A stretch of DNA of 64,000 nucleotides from a virus, in IMG/VR virus record IMGVR_UViG_3300032315_001401, positions 32,001 to 96,000 of that record; one strand, 5' to 3'. The position numbers were made by a program, and so were the translations under genes. The notes under the pieces were generated by a model. It was given only the letters and a program-made list of their open reading frames with translations. It ran no database searches and was not told the origin of the DNA. Each line of letters opens with the position of its first letter. Positions within the stretch are counted from its first letter, which is position 1. Shown one piece after another: positions 43,242 to 52,615 of the stretch.

Positions 43242-43658
43242 TTAGCTTTCTTTATTATCTTTAAGGTCTTTGAGAAAAATATCTTCGAGTGACTTACGAG
43301 AATCCTCTACTGACCCCAGATATCCCATTTTATCTGATATTGAAACTTTACCGTTAGATTCAATTTCAATATCACTATCATCTTCAAGATATCGATGATA
43401 AAAATCAATCGTAGATTGATTTTTGATTTCAGTCATTGTAACGACTTTATCAAACTTAATCAAAAATAAATCATCATCTGGTATTTCCATCCAAGGTTTT
43501 ATCTTCATATAAGTGCCATCATTATTTGTGAAGACTTTCATAATCACAGGGTTTTGAAGAATAACGATAGGATCTCCATCATTCTCATCAACGGAAATGA
43601 GAGAGAAGATTTCTTCACCAGTGATTAATTTGATTGCTGCGTAAAACTCTTCTCCCAT
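43242..43658 (-). CDS. conserved hypothetical protein
   Basis: FYAAIKLITGEEI...KPWM...YLGSVEDSRKSLE. Confidence 0.8.
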   Translation of the reverse strand: MGEEFYAAIKLITGEEIFSLISVDENDGDPIVILQNPVIMKVFTNNDGTYMKIKPWMEIPDDDLFLIKFDKVVTMTEIKNQSTIDFYHRYLEDDSDIEIESNGKVSISDKMGYLGSVEDSRKSLEDIFLKDLKDNKES

Positions 43659-45121
43659 CAGTTTTTAAAAGGTATATTTACAATATCGTAATTGAAGTTT
43701 TCTTCATTATAAATTTTAATACGTTCAATAAGATGATTTAAAGTATAATTTTTTCTAGACTTGTAACTAATATCGTCAGCAATATCGTATAAAGTTGCTT
43801 TTGTTTTATTGTTTCCTTTTCTTAAGACTCTTCCGATTGATTGGAGGTTTCTGATTCTTGATTTACTAGGGGAAGCAAAGATAACATTATGTAGATTTCT
43901 GATGTTAACACCAGTAGAAAAAGTCCCGTAAGAAGCAACGATGATTGCATTATTTTCCTTTTCAGTAATTTCTCTTACCTTTTCACGATTTTCAGTATCC
44001 ACTCCACCATGAACGAAAAATACATGACGATTGTCAGTGGTGCTATTATTTATGAGATCGTATAAAGGTTGCCCATGACCTTCTACTCTGGAAAAAAGTA
44101 TCAAAGTATTTCCCTTAAGGTCAAGGGCAAGGTTTTTGATAAACTTATTTCTCTTTTCGTGATTGATAATATACTGAACTTCTTCTTCGAAGTTTTCAAA
44201 TTTATTTGGTGAATGTTTCAAGAGAAGAATATTAATATCAAGTGTTGCTACATGACCCTTCTTCATTAATTCATCTGTTTTGATGATTTTATATGAAGGA
44301 CCAAAGAGTCCTTCTAATACCCACTTATGAGTTTGTGAACCATCAAGTGTGCCCGTAAATCCAAAACGATATTTTGCATCGAAAAGTTTTGTCATTATAG
44401 ATACTAATGACTTGGATTTAAAATTATGTGCTTCATCACCAACTACCACATTAAATCTTGAAAAATATTGTTTGGGTAGTTTGTAAATTGATTGCCAAGT
44501 TGTAATAATTACTTGAGAGTCTGTCTCTCTTTCCTTTCCGGCGTAGATTTTGTGGCAAAATGACCCCACATCCCATCCATAATCTGCAAAATCTTTATAC
44601 ATCTGCTCTACAAGGGATGTCGTTGGAACGACTATCAGAATATTTTGTTCTTTCTCAACGTAATATCTCACAATCGAATATATCATCAACGACTTTCCAG
44701 AAGCAGTTGGAGATATCAGCAATTTTCGATTATGTCTTAAAGCGTCGTATACTCCCTCAACTTGATAATCGCGGGGAGCATACTTGCAAATAGAAGTCAT
44801 ATAATCCTTTACACCTTCTTTCGAAATCATCTCATTGACTTCAAAAGGAAGACCATAATACTTATTATCTCTAAACTCATAAGTATAACTGTGCTGCTCA
44901 CAAAATCTTATAAGTTTATCTAATAGACCTACGTAAATTTCTTGAGTATTGATATTAAACAGATAGATATGACCATCCCACCACTTATTCTTATAAGCGG
45001 GCGCAAACTTTGCATTTGGCACTTCAAACTGAAATGCATCTTTTAATTCATAATAGATATGAGGTTCTGCTTCTACATGCAGATAAACCTCATTCTTTTT
45101 TGAAATAATCAAATTTGACAT
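43658..45121 (-). CDS. uvsW: RNA-DNA/DNA helicase
   Basis: SPTASGKS; GDEAH; TGT; LQSIGRVLR. Confidence 0.96.
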   Translation of the reverse strand: MSNLIISKKNEVYLHVEAEPHIYYELKDAFQFEVPNAKFAPAYKNKWWDGHIYLFNINTQEIYVGLLDKLIRFCEQHSYTYEFRDNKYYGLPFEVNEMISKEGVKDYMTSICKYAPRDYQVEGVYDALRHNRKLLISPTASGKSLMIYSIVRYYVEKEQNILIVVPTTSLVEQMYKDFADYGWDVGSFCHKIYAGKERETDSQVIITTWQSIYKLPKQYFSRFNVVVGDEAHNFKSKSLVSIMTKLFDAKYRFGFTGTLDGSQTHKWVLEGLFGPSYKIIKTDELMKKGHVATLDINILLLKHSPNKFENFEEEVQYIINHEKRNKFIKNLALDLKGNTLILFSRVEGHGQPLYDLINNSTTDNRHVFFVHGGVDTENREKVREITEKENNAIIVASYGTFSTGVNIRNLHNVIFASPSKSRIRNLQSIGRVLRKGNNKTKATLYDIADDISYKSRKNYTLNHLIERIKIYNEENFNYDIVNIPFKN

Positions 45122-45153
45122 TCATAACATATCAGTTATGAATATTTATTTGG

Positions 45154-45585
45154 TTAGTTAAACCCCGATTGGAATCGATGCCATTCGATGCTATTCTTGA
45201 TTTGATACGTGCGATTAGAAACTGTTTTAATAATCTCTTCCAAGAACTTTAACATAATGTCATAGTATCTGATTTTAAGTTCTACTTTATTCAGTCTCTC
45301 ATCAGCGTCCATATGCCTCTGTAACGCTTCTTTGTCTCTAACTTTATACGGAAATGGTTCTTCTATATAAACCTCTGCAGGTGCCTTTCCCGTGTAATAG
45401 TTGTATCGTTCAAGTTTAACTCTATTAAAAGTTTCTCTTGCTTTCTCGCGAAGGAGAGTAATTGTATTGTAGATGGTATAATATTTGGAATGGAGTTGGG
45501 GAATTTTTAAAGATTCATCGTGCAAATTATCAGGATCAATGACAGCATCTCTCTGCCACATTTCCTGAATTTCATCAAGTGTCAT
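45154..45585 (-). CDS. uvsY: recombination mediator
   Basis: ESLKIPQLHSKYY...RTYQIKNSIEWHRF. Confidence 0.92.
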   Translation of the reverse strand: MTLDEIQEMWQRDAVIDPDNLHDESLKIPQLHSKYYTIYNTITLLREKARETFNRVKLERYNYYTGKAPAEVYIEEPFPYKVRDKEALQRHMDADERLNKVELKIRYYDIMLKFLEEIIKTVSNRTYQIKNSIEWHRFQSGFN

Positions 45586-46127
45586 AGAGGTTGTCCAGTT
45601 TCGCTCAAGATATTGTAGATAGTATACTTGAAAGATACCTCTGCTGTAAAGTACTGGATGTCGGTTTGTGTGGAGTCAAATTCCAACGATGTCAAAGAGA
45701 CTGGAAATAAATCTTTAAATTTTACGATTGAGTTTGTATTATAATTGCTATCTAAAATATAGAGACTTCCATCACTAAATGCTCTTTTAGAATCTTGCAA
45801 TCCATCATCACTTGTAATTAATTCTTTATATTGCCCTGTGGTTTCCGGAAATCCCAATCCAGTTAACCAATTGTGGACAACCATATAATTCATCATATCT
45901 TCATCGACTAAAAACCTTAAAGATAAGTCGCCGTATTGAAGTTTACCACCTGGAACATCAATATCTTTAAGATATGATGGTTGCTGAACTAATGAAAGTG
46001 TAATTTCTGGTATTCTTGCCGAATTGCAAAAGAAACTTACCTTTGGTTCTTTTGCAAGAGTAAAATTAAAACCAACTGGTGAAAGAAAGTTTCGGTTTTG
46101 TATCTGATTTTGATAAGCAGACGCCAT
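45582..46127 (-). CDS. gp3: tail tube terminator / tail completion protein
   Basis: NFLSPVGF...FLVDEDMMNY...LFPVSL. Confidence 0.88.
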   Translation of the reverse strand: MASAYQNQIQNRNFLSPVGFNFTLAKEPKVSFFCNSARIPEITLSLVQQPSYLKDIDVPGGKLQYGDLSLRFLVDEDMMNYMVVHNWLTGLGFPETTGQYKELITSDDGLQDSKRAFSDGSLYILDSNYNTNSIVKFKDLFPVSLTSLEFDSTQTDIQYFTAEVSFKYTIYNILSETGQPL

Positions 46128-46149
46128 AATGTTTTATTGATATTTAGAT

Positions 46150-46178
46150 AAAAAAAGAGGGTCCCGAAGGACCCTCTT
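46150..46178 (-). terminator. Rho-independent terminator after gp23
   Basis: aagagggtc-cttcgg-gaccctc plus T-run. Confidence 0.85.
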
Positions 46179-46197
46179 GGAAGAGTTGTGAAATGAA

Positions 46198-47610
46198 TCA
46201 CATAAGGTTAGCAACCTTAACTCTTCTGTAGTAGGTGTTTGCATTGGTGGTAAGAGCACCAGCGCCAGCGGCGAGACCCTCTGCGAATGGGTTTGCAACC
46301 ATTCCGTAACGGGTCTTAAAGCCGATTTTAGGCTGGAAGGTATTCTCGCCAACTGCACGAACCATCTGGAGAGGAACGTATGGGCAATAGAAGAGACCAG
46401 CGTCATATGGGCTAGAACCCTTATAACCGACAACGTAGAACTGGTTAGCAGAAACGTTTGCCGAATATGGGTCAATGTAGACGCGATACTTACCTTGAAG
46501 AACTCCAGCAAAAGTATTGCCGGTGTCATCAACGTTGAGGTTTGCGTTGAGTGCAGGGGTGTAATCGAGAACACCTGCCATTGCAAGTGCTGAAGCAACG
46601 TCAGCGGAGCAAAGGATGGTGTTACCCTTTCCTCTACGAGTTTGCTGTGCGATTGCGTTAGCATCACGCTCGATCTGGAAGATCAGACCCTTGAACTTCT
46701 CAACCGACCAACGACCGTTTGAGTCAACGTCAAGGTCAAAAGTACCAGCAGTAGCGGTATTGACTTGAGCACCAGGCTTTGCAATCTTGTAGATGGTTCT
46801 GATAACTTCGCGGTTGATTTCAGCAAGAATCTCAGTTGAGAGAATGTTTGCTAATTCCGCTTCAGCATTCAGACCGTGGATTGCCTTAAGGTCTTGAGCA
46901 AGCTCAAGTGAGTACTCAGCTTTCAGAGCGCGTGACTTTGCAGTTACGGTGACTTTCTCGATTGAGAATGCCATCTGGTTGAACTGATCAGATTCGCCAA
47001 GCGATTCTGCATAATCAGTTCTCATTCCCTGACCAACGTTATATTGGTTGGCACCAACACCAGCATTTGCCTGTTGGGCAGTTGATGAATTGGTTGGATC
47101 GAGAAGTGAAGGGTTGCGATTGGTATCCTGGGCAGTAGTACCCATACCAACGGTGCCGTCAGACCATCCGAGGGTATTGTTGAATCCGCTGTCCTGACCA
47201 GAGAATGCTGAATCGACTTCGTTGTAGAAAGTCTCATTACCAGTCTGGCTGGTATAACGTGAGCGCATTGCGAAGATAAGTCCAGTAGGACCATTCATTG
47301 GTTGAACGCCACAGAGATCGTAAGCGATCAGGTTAGGCATTGAACGTCTGATGAGTGAAATCAGAACTGGGTCAAAACCTTGCATGGCGCCAGTTGTTGC
47401 GCCACCCAAGCCAGGATTTGTGCCAGAAGCAGTGCTATTGGTTGGTGCTTCGTAAAGAAACTCACGCTCTTCGCGAATTGTTCTTTCTTGATTTTCGAGC
47501 AGGATTGCGGTTACAGCTCTACGATGTGAATCTTTGATAGGATCAAGACCTTCGTAGTCTAACAGTGGGGACCACTTCTCCTGCAATTGCTCCGTATTGA
47601 ACATTTGCAT
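46198..47610 (-). CDS. gp23: major capsid protein
   Basis: GVQPMNGPTGLIFAMR; KSRALKAEYS; FKTRYG; FLYE-A maturation site. Confidence 0.98.
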   Translation of the reverse strand: MQMFNTEQLQEKWSPLLDYEGLDPIKDSHRRAVTAILLENQERTIREEREFLYEAPTNSTASGTNPGLGGATTGAMQGFDPVLISLIRRSMPNLIAYDLCGVQPMNGPTGLIFAMRSRYTSQTGNETFYNEVDSAFSGQDSGFNNTLGWSDGTVGMGTTAQDTNRNPSLLDPTNSSTAQQANAGVGANQYNVGQGMRTDYAESLGESDQFNQMAFSIEKVTVTAKSRALKAEYSLELAQDLKAIHGLNAEAELANILSTEILAEINREVIRTIYKIAKPGAQVNTATAGTFDLDVDSNGRWSVEKFKGLIFQIERDANAIAQQTRRGKGNTILCSADVASALAMAGVLDYTPALNANLNVDDTGNTFAGVLQGKYRVYIDPYSANVSANQFYVVGYKGSSPYDAGLFYCPYVPLQMVRAVGENTFQPKIGFKTRYGMVANPFAEGLAAGAGALTTNANTYYRRVKVANLM

Positions 47611-47658
47611 TTGTTTTTACCTCTTAAAGTTTTAGTTTGATTGTTTATTATTTAAAAA

Positions 47659-48858
47659 TCACTTTTTAGAAACTCTTTGAAGAGTCTGAAGATATGCACT
47701 CATAGTACCACTTACTGATTGGATATTCATATCAGTTTCTTCAGACAAGTTTTCACTAGTGTTTCTCTGAGTACCAGCATTAGATGGGAAATATGATTCC
47801 CTTAAAGTTACCAGTTTCTCACGATAGTTGTCTTCACTATCAAACTCAACATTTTCGGCAAGAGAAGCGAGTTTGTCCTTCTGAGAAAGTGCAAGACCCT
47901 CAGCGACATCTGCAAAGATTACATCAGCAACCGACTCTGCTAATCTTCTATTAAGAGCAATATTTCTTTCAATTTGCTCGTTGAGTTTTCCTTCCATTTC
48001 ATCAAGTTTATCTACCATGCTCTCGATGACATCATATCTATCTTCAGGGATTGTTACATAATGATCTTCAAAAAGACTCTTCATTCCTTGAATGAATGAT
48101 TCAGTCATTTCGGTCTTAAGACCGTGCTCAACTGCGAGTGCATTTTCTTGAATCCACTCGTCAGCAACATATTCAAGGTAAGCATCAACACGGTCAGTAA
48201 GACCTTCTTTGATTGCTTCGATTTCTTCTACGAGTGCTTGCTCATAGGAAACTTGAAGCGATTCTTTAATTTCATCAACTTTAGTCTTAATTGCTGCCTC
48301 AAAGATGATTCTTGCCTTCTCTTGGAATTCCTCAGAAAGATCCTCACCAGCAAGGAGAGCATTGACATCTTCTTCAATGTCAAACTCCTCTTTCATTTCT
48401 TCTTCCTCTTCGTCTTCGTCTTCTTCTTCATCTTCTTCTTTAGTTTTCTTAGAGGATTTTTTCTTACCGCCTTCCTCTTCCTCTTCTTCTTTAGCAGCCT
48501 CAGCGACTACTTCCTCTTCATCAACTTCGTCTTCATCGACAAGATCCTCATCCTCTTCCGTCTCTTCCTTCATACCTTGTCCAGGTGCAGCAACAGATGT
48601 TGCTGAGGAATGAGGTGCTTCTGCAGCAGCAGCCTTAGCATTTACTACATTCTTTACCTGAGCAAGTGTTTTGCCGGGAGTATTGAGTTTTGCTGAATCG
48701 TCATCTGAGCGATAATTTTCGGGAGTAGGACCACCTAAGTCTTCCCAACTTCCAGTTTGGCCAGGAGTTACTGCATCAATATTGTGCATTGGTTCGGCAG
48801 GTGCAGCCCCTTTGGTTACTACGTTTTCCATTTCTTGTAAATTTCTACCAACGGACAT
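47659..48858 (-). CDS. gp22: prohead core scaffold protein
   Basis: Acidic tract; LSEEFQEKARIIFEAA; DAYLEYVADEW; TATAAATA at 48887-48894. Confidence 0.93.
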   Translation of the reverse strand: MSVGRNLQEMENVVTKGAAPAEPMHNIDAVTPGQTGSWEDLGGPTPENYRSDDDSAKLNTPGKTLAQVKNVVNAKAAAAEAPHSSATSVAAPGQGMKEETEEDEDLVDEDEVDEEEVVAEAAKEEEEEEGGKKKSSKKTKEEDEEEDEDEEEEEMKEEFDIEEDVNALLAGEDLSEEFQEKARIIFEAAIKTKVDEIKESLQVSYEQALVEEIEAIKEGLTDRVDAYLEYVADEWIQENALAVEHGLKTEMTESFIQGMKSLFEDHYVTIPEDRYDVIESMVDKLDEMEGKLNEQIERNIALNRRLAESVADVIFADVAEGLALSQKDKLASLAENVEFDSEDNYREKLVTLRESYFPSNAGTQRNTSENLSEETDMNIQSVSGTMSAYLQTLQRVSKK

Positions 48859-48896
48859 TTTGTTTGATTGTGTTATAATCTATATTTATTTATAAT

Positions 48897-49547
48897 TTAA
48901 AGATTTGAAAGAAATTCGTTAAACAGGTTTAACTTATGTTCTTCCAATACTCTTTGATCAACTAAAGTATTAATTCTGCGGTTTGTTTTTTCAACTAGTT
49001 GTTCTGTAAGCTCACCATTAACAAAAACCCACTCTTTACCTTCCATAATTCCCTGAACAAAAGCATCAGGTGCAGAAGGATCGGCAACGATATCAGCCGC
49101 AGTTGCAAGCATAAAATCTTCGCCAACAATTTTATGACCCTCATTGGTCATCTTTAATGAACCAACACCACGAGAAGAAACACCGAGACAAACACCTTCA
49201 CCAATAAGAGATTTTGCAATCTTACCCATTGGAGTTTCTAGGAGTTGTGCTTTACCAATAAAATTGCTTCCCTTTTGTTCAAGAGAAATAATTTTATGAG
49301 AAACTCGATCAAGGTTGACAGTTGGACCATCGGGGTGACCAAGTTCTCCAAGAGCACGACCTTTACAAATAAATGCTTCATTATAACGATTAACCTCTTT
49401 CATCAAAGTTTGCATGGGATACATTCTCCCATTGCGATTACAAATGTCTCCTTGAAGGAAAATACCTTCAATAAACATTTTTTTATTGGCACCTTTACCT
49501 TCGGTGATAAATTCTACTTTTTGAATTTCTTCTGTGATGAGTTTCAT
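48897..49547 (-). CDS. gp21: prohead protease
   Basis: NRNGRMYP; GELGHP; GVSSRGVGS; DIVADPSAPDA. Confidence 0.96.
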   Translation of the reverse strand: MKLITEEIQKVEFITEGKGANKKMFIEGIFLQGDICNRNGRMYPMQTLMKEVNRYNEAFICKGRALGELGHPDGPTVNLDRVSHKIISLEQKGSNFIGKAQLLETPMGKIAKSLIGEGVCLGVSSRGVGSLKMTNEGHKIVGEDFMLATAADIVADPSAPDAFVQGIMEGKEWVFVNGELTEQLVEKTNRRINTLVDQRVLEEHKLNLFNEFLSNL

Positions 49548-49551
49548 GGTT

Positions 49552-50079
49552 TTATTCGGAAACTAATTGAACTACTTCTGTGATGGTTACATTTGTGGCA
49601 TTATCAACAGCAAGAGCTGAAACTTTTACGCTTCTGGACAAAGTAGATCCAGTTGCAGTAATTACTCCAACAATTGATGATGTATTTGCTGCAATAGTAA
49701 CTGTTGAATCAGTTGTAGCAGTTACTAGTCTATGGACTGTATTGATTCCTGTAGGTTGTGCATTTTCAATTGTCACATAATCACCAATTAAAAATGGATT
49801 TCCCGCATTATTATCAAAAGTAAGTACAGTTGATGTTCCCGTAGTAATACCTACTATTTGTTGCTTTGCAAGTCTTTCCTTCAAAACTTCATTTCCAAAA
49901 GGAGAAATCAGGAAAGAATTAACAGTAGCTACGGGATCTCCACCAGTTTCTACATATACTGCTGTTGATGCGCAAGCAACACGAATATATCCGCTTTTAA
50001 GTGCAATTGGATTGCTAGTAGCGGCTACAGAAACTGTAGGGGAAATTCTATTTACATTTTGGACAATTTTTATTGCCAT
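49552..50079 (-). CDS. hypothetical virion protein
   Basis: 175-aa beta-rich ORF in the head operon. Confidence 0.75.
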   Translation of the reverse strand: MAIKIVQNVNRISPTVSVAATSNPIALKSGYIRVACASTAVYVETGGDPVATVNSFLISPFGNEVLKERLAKQQIVGITTGTSTVLTFDNNAGNPFLIGDYVTIENAQPTGINTVHRLVTATTDSTVTIAANTSSIVGVITATGSTLSRSVKVSALAVDNATNVTITEVVQLVSE

Positions 50080-50246
50080 TATTCGTTATCTCCAGTAGAA
50101 TCATCTTCACCAAACATCACTGCAGCAACTTCTGGGCGAGCATTATCTACTCTATCAGCGGCTTTTGCATACAATAATTGTTTAATTCTGTCTGAAACAT
50201 CTGTTGCAGATCCATCAGACGCAATCAAATCGATAAGTTCTTCCAT
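50079..50246 (-). CDS. small acidic prohead-core-like protein (gp67 position)
   Basis: MEELIDLIASDGSATDVSDRIKQLLYAKA...; TATAAATA at 50271-50278. Confidence 0.65.
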   Translation of the reverse strand: MEELIDLIASDGSATDVSDRIKQLLYAKAADRVDNARPEVAAVMFGEDDSTGDNE

Positions 50247-50273
50247 AAATTTATTTTATTACTATAGGACTAT

Positions 50274-51974
50274 TTATATTTTGCCACCTTTCGGTTCTTG
50301 AAATTCAACTTGCGAAACATCTACTGTTGGTTCTACGGGGACTTCTCCACCAGCACCTTGCTCAATCGCTTGACCAGCACCTTCCTCACCAGCTGGTGGT
50401 AATGGATTTCCCATCTCATCGACCGGTGCATTTGGATCTGGAAGAATACCTTTTTCAATTTCATCATCAATTTGTAAATCAAGTTCAATAATTTCAGAGT
50501 CCGTTTGGCGAAGAATTTTCTTACGCACATACTCTGTCGAATAGTATTTTCCGATATAAGGTTCTACCGTAGTTAAAAGTGTCAAACGATTTGTGAGAAG
50601 TTCTGCCTCTTTCAATTCAGAAAAATGATTATCATAAAGGAAGTCATATTGGATATGATCTTCCATCTTTTCCCAATCTTCTGGAGAAACTATGTTCTTC
50701 AAAAGAAGTTGAGTACGAAGCATATCGTTGAACATTTGAGCAAATCTTTTTCTCAAACGACCGACAAATTTGGAAAACTTTAATTCATCTCTTAAAATTT
50801 CAGAAGAACGACCCATATTAAATCCTTCCCCACCTCCAGCAATTCTAGTTTCTGGTACATTCAAAGATCTATAAAGTTTCTTTTGGAAATATTCAATATC
50901 GGATAATTCTCCAAGATTTTGACCACCGGGAAGAGTAGTAATTTCAGTTCCTCTACCACCTTCACGGCGAGGAAGCCAGAAATCTTCAAGCATACTCATA
51001 AACTTGCGATCATCGCGAACTTCCCCAGTATTCGCATCATAAACCAATTTGTTTCTATAACGAGACATAACCTCTTTGAGGTATTGCTCTGCTTTTACTT
51101 TTGGGAGATTACCAACATCGATGTAAAAAATACGACGCTCTGGTGCCCTTGACAATCTATAAATGACAAGAGAATCCTCAATCATTCGCAGTTGATTGAG
51201 TGCCTTAATTGCTTTATGGAGATATGAAAGAACAGTTCCTTTATTTCTATCAACTAAACCCGAAGTGCAATATGTGATAGAATCTTTGGCAATTTTAAGA
51301 GAACCTTTAGAAGCACCACTTAAATTGCCCATTGGGTAATTTGGAGTTGGAGAGTAGATAAAGTATTCTTCCATTTCGGAATACATTGTATCTAAATTAT
51401 TTGCCGAATTTCCATTATAACTTAATCTATCTACAATGTCTGATCCATTTTTTCCTTTTGTCCTTTTTTCTTGGCGGACGTGTTTCATCTTCATCGGATC
51501 TATATACCTCAATTCTTGAATGCCATCTTGAGGTTTTTTCATATCAATGACTTTTAGATAATATAATCTTCCGTCTACATACCAGTTTCTAAAAATTTCG
51601 TGCGATTTTCTGTCAAAATCCATCATTTCTTTGATGGATTTAAACTCTTTTCTAATTATATCTTTTAATTTATCACTTGCACTTAAATTTGTTAATTCAA
51701 TCTCAACTGGAGAGTCATAAAGATCGCTTACAATTGCTTCATTTACAATATCCTCAATAGCACTATCACATTCTGGGTGCAGCGCCATTTCTCTATAACG
51801 ACGCATTAAATCAAATTCAGTCCTATATACACCTTCAATGTCGACATACTGACCATAAAATCCAGATTGAATATAATAATCAACCCCGTCCTCATCAGTT
51901 TGAGGTACGGGGGAAACTATTGATTTGGATTTTTTTTCATTATCCTCAATCGAAAAACCAAAAAGTTTCGCCAT
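50274..51974 (-). CDS. gp20: portal vertex protein
   Basis: YRLSRAPERRIFYIDVGNLP; EDFWLPRREGGRGTEI. Confidence 0.97.
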   Translation of the reverse strand: MAKLFGFSIEDNEKKSKSIVSPVPQTDEDGVDYYIQSGFYGQYVDIEGVYRTEFDLMRRYREMALHPECDSAIEDIVNEAIVSDLYDSPVEIELTNLSASDKLKDIIRKEFKSIKEMMDFDRKSHEIFRNWYVDGRLYYLKVIDMKKPQDGIQELRYIDPMKMKHVRQEKRTKGKNGSDIVDRLSYNGNSANNLDTMYSEMEEYFIYSPTPNYPMGNLSGASKGSLKIAKDSITYCTSGLVDRNKGTVLSYLHKAIKALNQLRMIEDSLVIYRLSRAPERRIFYIDVGNLPKVKAEQYLKEVMSRYRNKLVYDANTGEVRDDRKFMSMLEDFWLPRREGGRGTEITTLPGGQNLGELSDIEYFQKKLYRSLNVPETRIAGGGEGFNMGRSSEILRDELKFSKFVGRLRKRFAQMFNDMLRTQLLLKNIVSPEDWEKMEDHIQYDFLYDNHFSELKEAELLTNRLTLLTTVEPYIGKYYSTEYVRKKILRQTDSEIIELDLQIDDEIEKGILPDPNAPVDEMGNPLPPAGEEGAGQAIEQGAGGEVPVEPTVDVSQVEFQEPKGGKI

Positions 51975-52005
51975 TTTATAAGTTAAACGTTATATGATAC
52001 TCTAT

Positions 52006-52596
52006 TTAGTTAATATCTTCACCGCCTGCTGCAGGTGAAGATCCTTTAATTGCTTCCCACCAATGTACTTGCATTTCAACAGTAAACTCTTGAATTGCTT
52101 CAGTCTCGTATGCCAGGTTAATTGCACTTACGCTGGTTGGGAATAAATCATAGAAGTGATAAGCTCTCAAGATGCTTCCATCACGATTAAGTTGATAGAC
52201 AAATGCATCTGCTTGATAAAGAGCTGGATCTGTAGTGCCAGTTGCATCAGAAAGACGATTCATATAGTTGGTCCACTTTTCGAATGCGGAACGAATTGCA
52301 AAGTCAGTATCGTTAATAACTGTAATCGTCCAGCTTTCGAATGTGCGATCCCCAGCAAGTCTTAAAGTTCTTCCTCTAAATGCTACTTCAACGGGAGTGA
52401 CATTTGATGCAGGAAGATTTGCTGCTTTGACAAGAAATCTACTCTTGTCTAGTGTATTTGAATCAATGCCAAGTGCTGCTGGGAAAGCAAGCTCAACTTC
52501 GAAGAGGTTACTTCTGGTGCCACCACCCGACAGCTTACTCTTGAAGTCTGTAATTTTTCTTAATGGAATTGTGTTAAGTTGGGTTCTGGTTGCCAT
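52006..52596 (-). CDS. gp19: tail tube protein
   Basis: RSNLFEV; FRGR...GDRTFESWTITVINDTDF. Confidence 0.95.
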   Translation of the reverse strand: MATRTQLNTIPLRKITDFKSKLSGGGTRSNLFEVELAFPAALGIDSNTLDKSRFLVKAANLPASNVTPVEVAFRGRTLRLAGDRTFESWTITVINDTDFAIRSAFEKWTNYMNRLSDATGTTDPALYQADAFVYQLNRDGSILRAYHFYDLFPTSVSAINLAYETEAIQEFTVEMQVHWWEAIKGSSPAAGGEDIN

Positions 52597-52615
52597 TTTT
52601 TGTTAAACCTCTAGA

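Noticed and set aside
48124-48613. Phe/Ser-rich plus-strand ORFs in the gp22 region
   Set aside because: They are the reverse complement of the poly-Glu/Lys tract of gp22.
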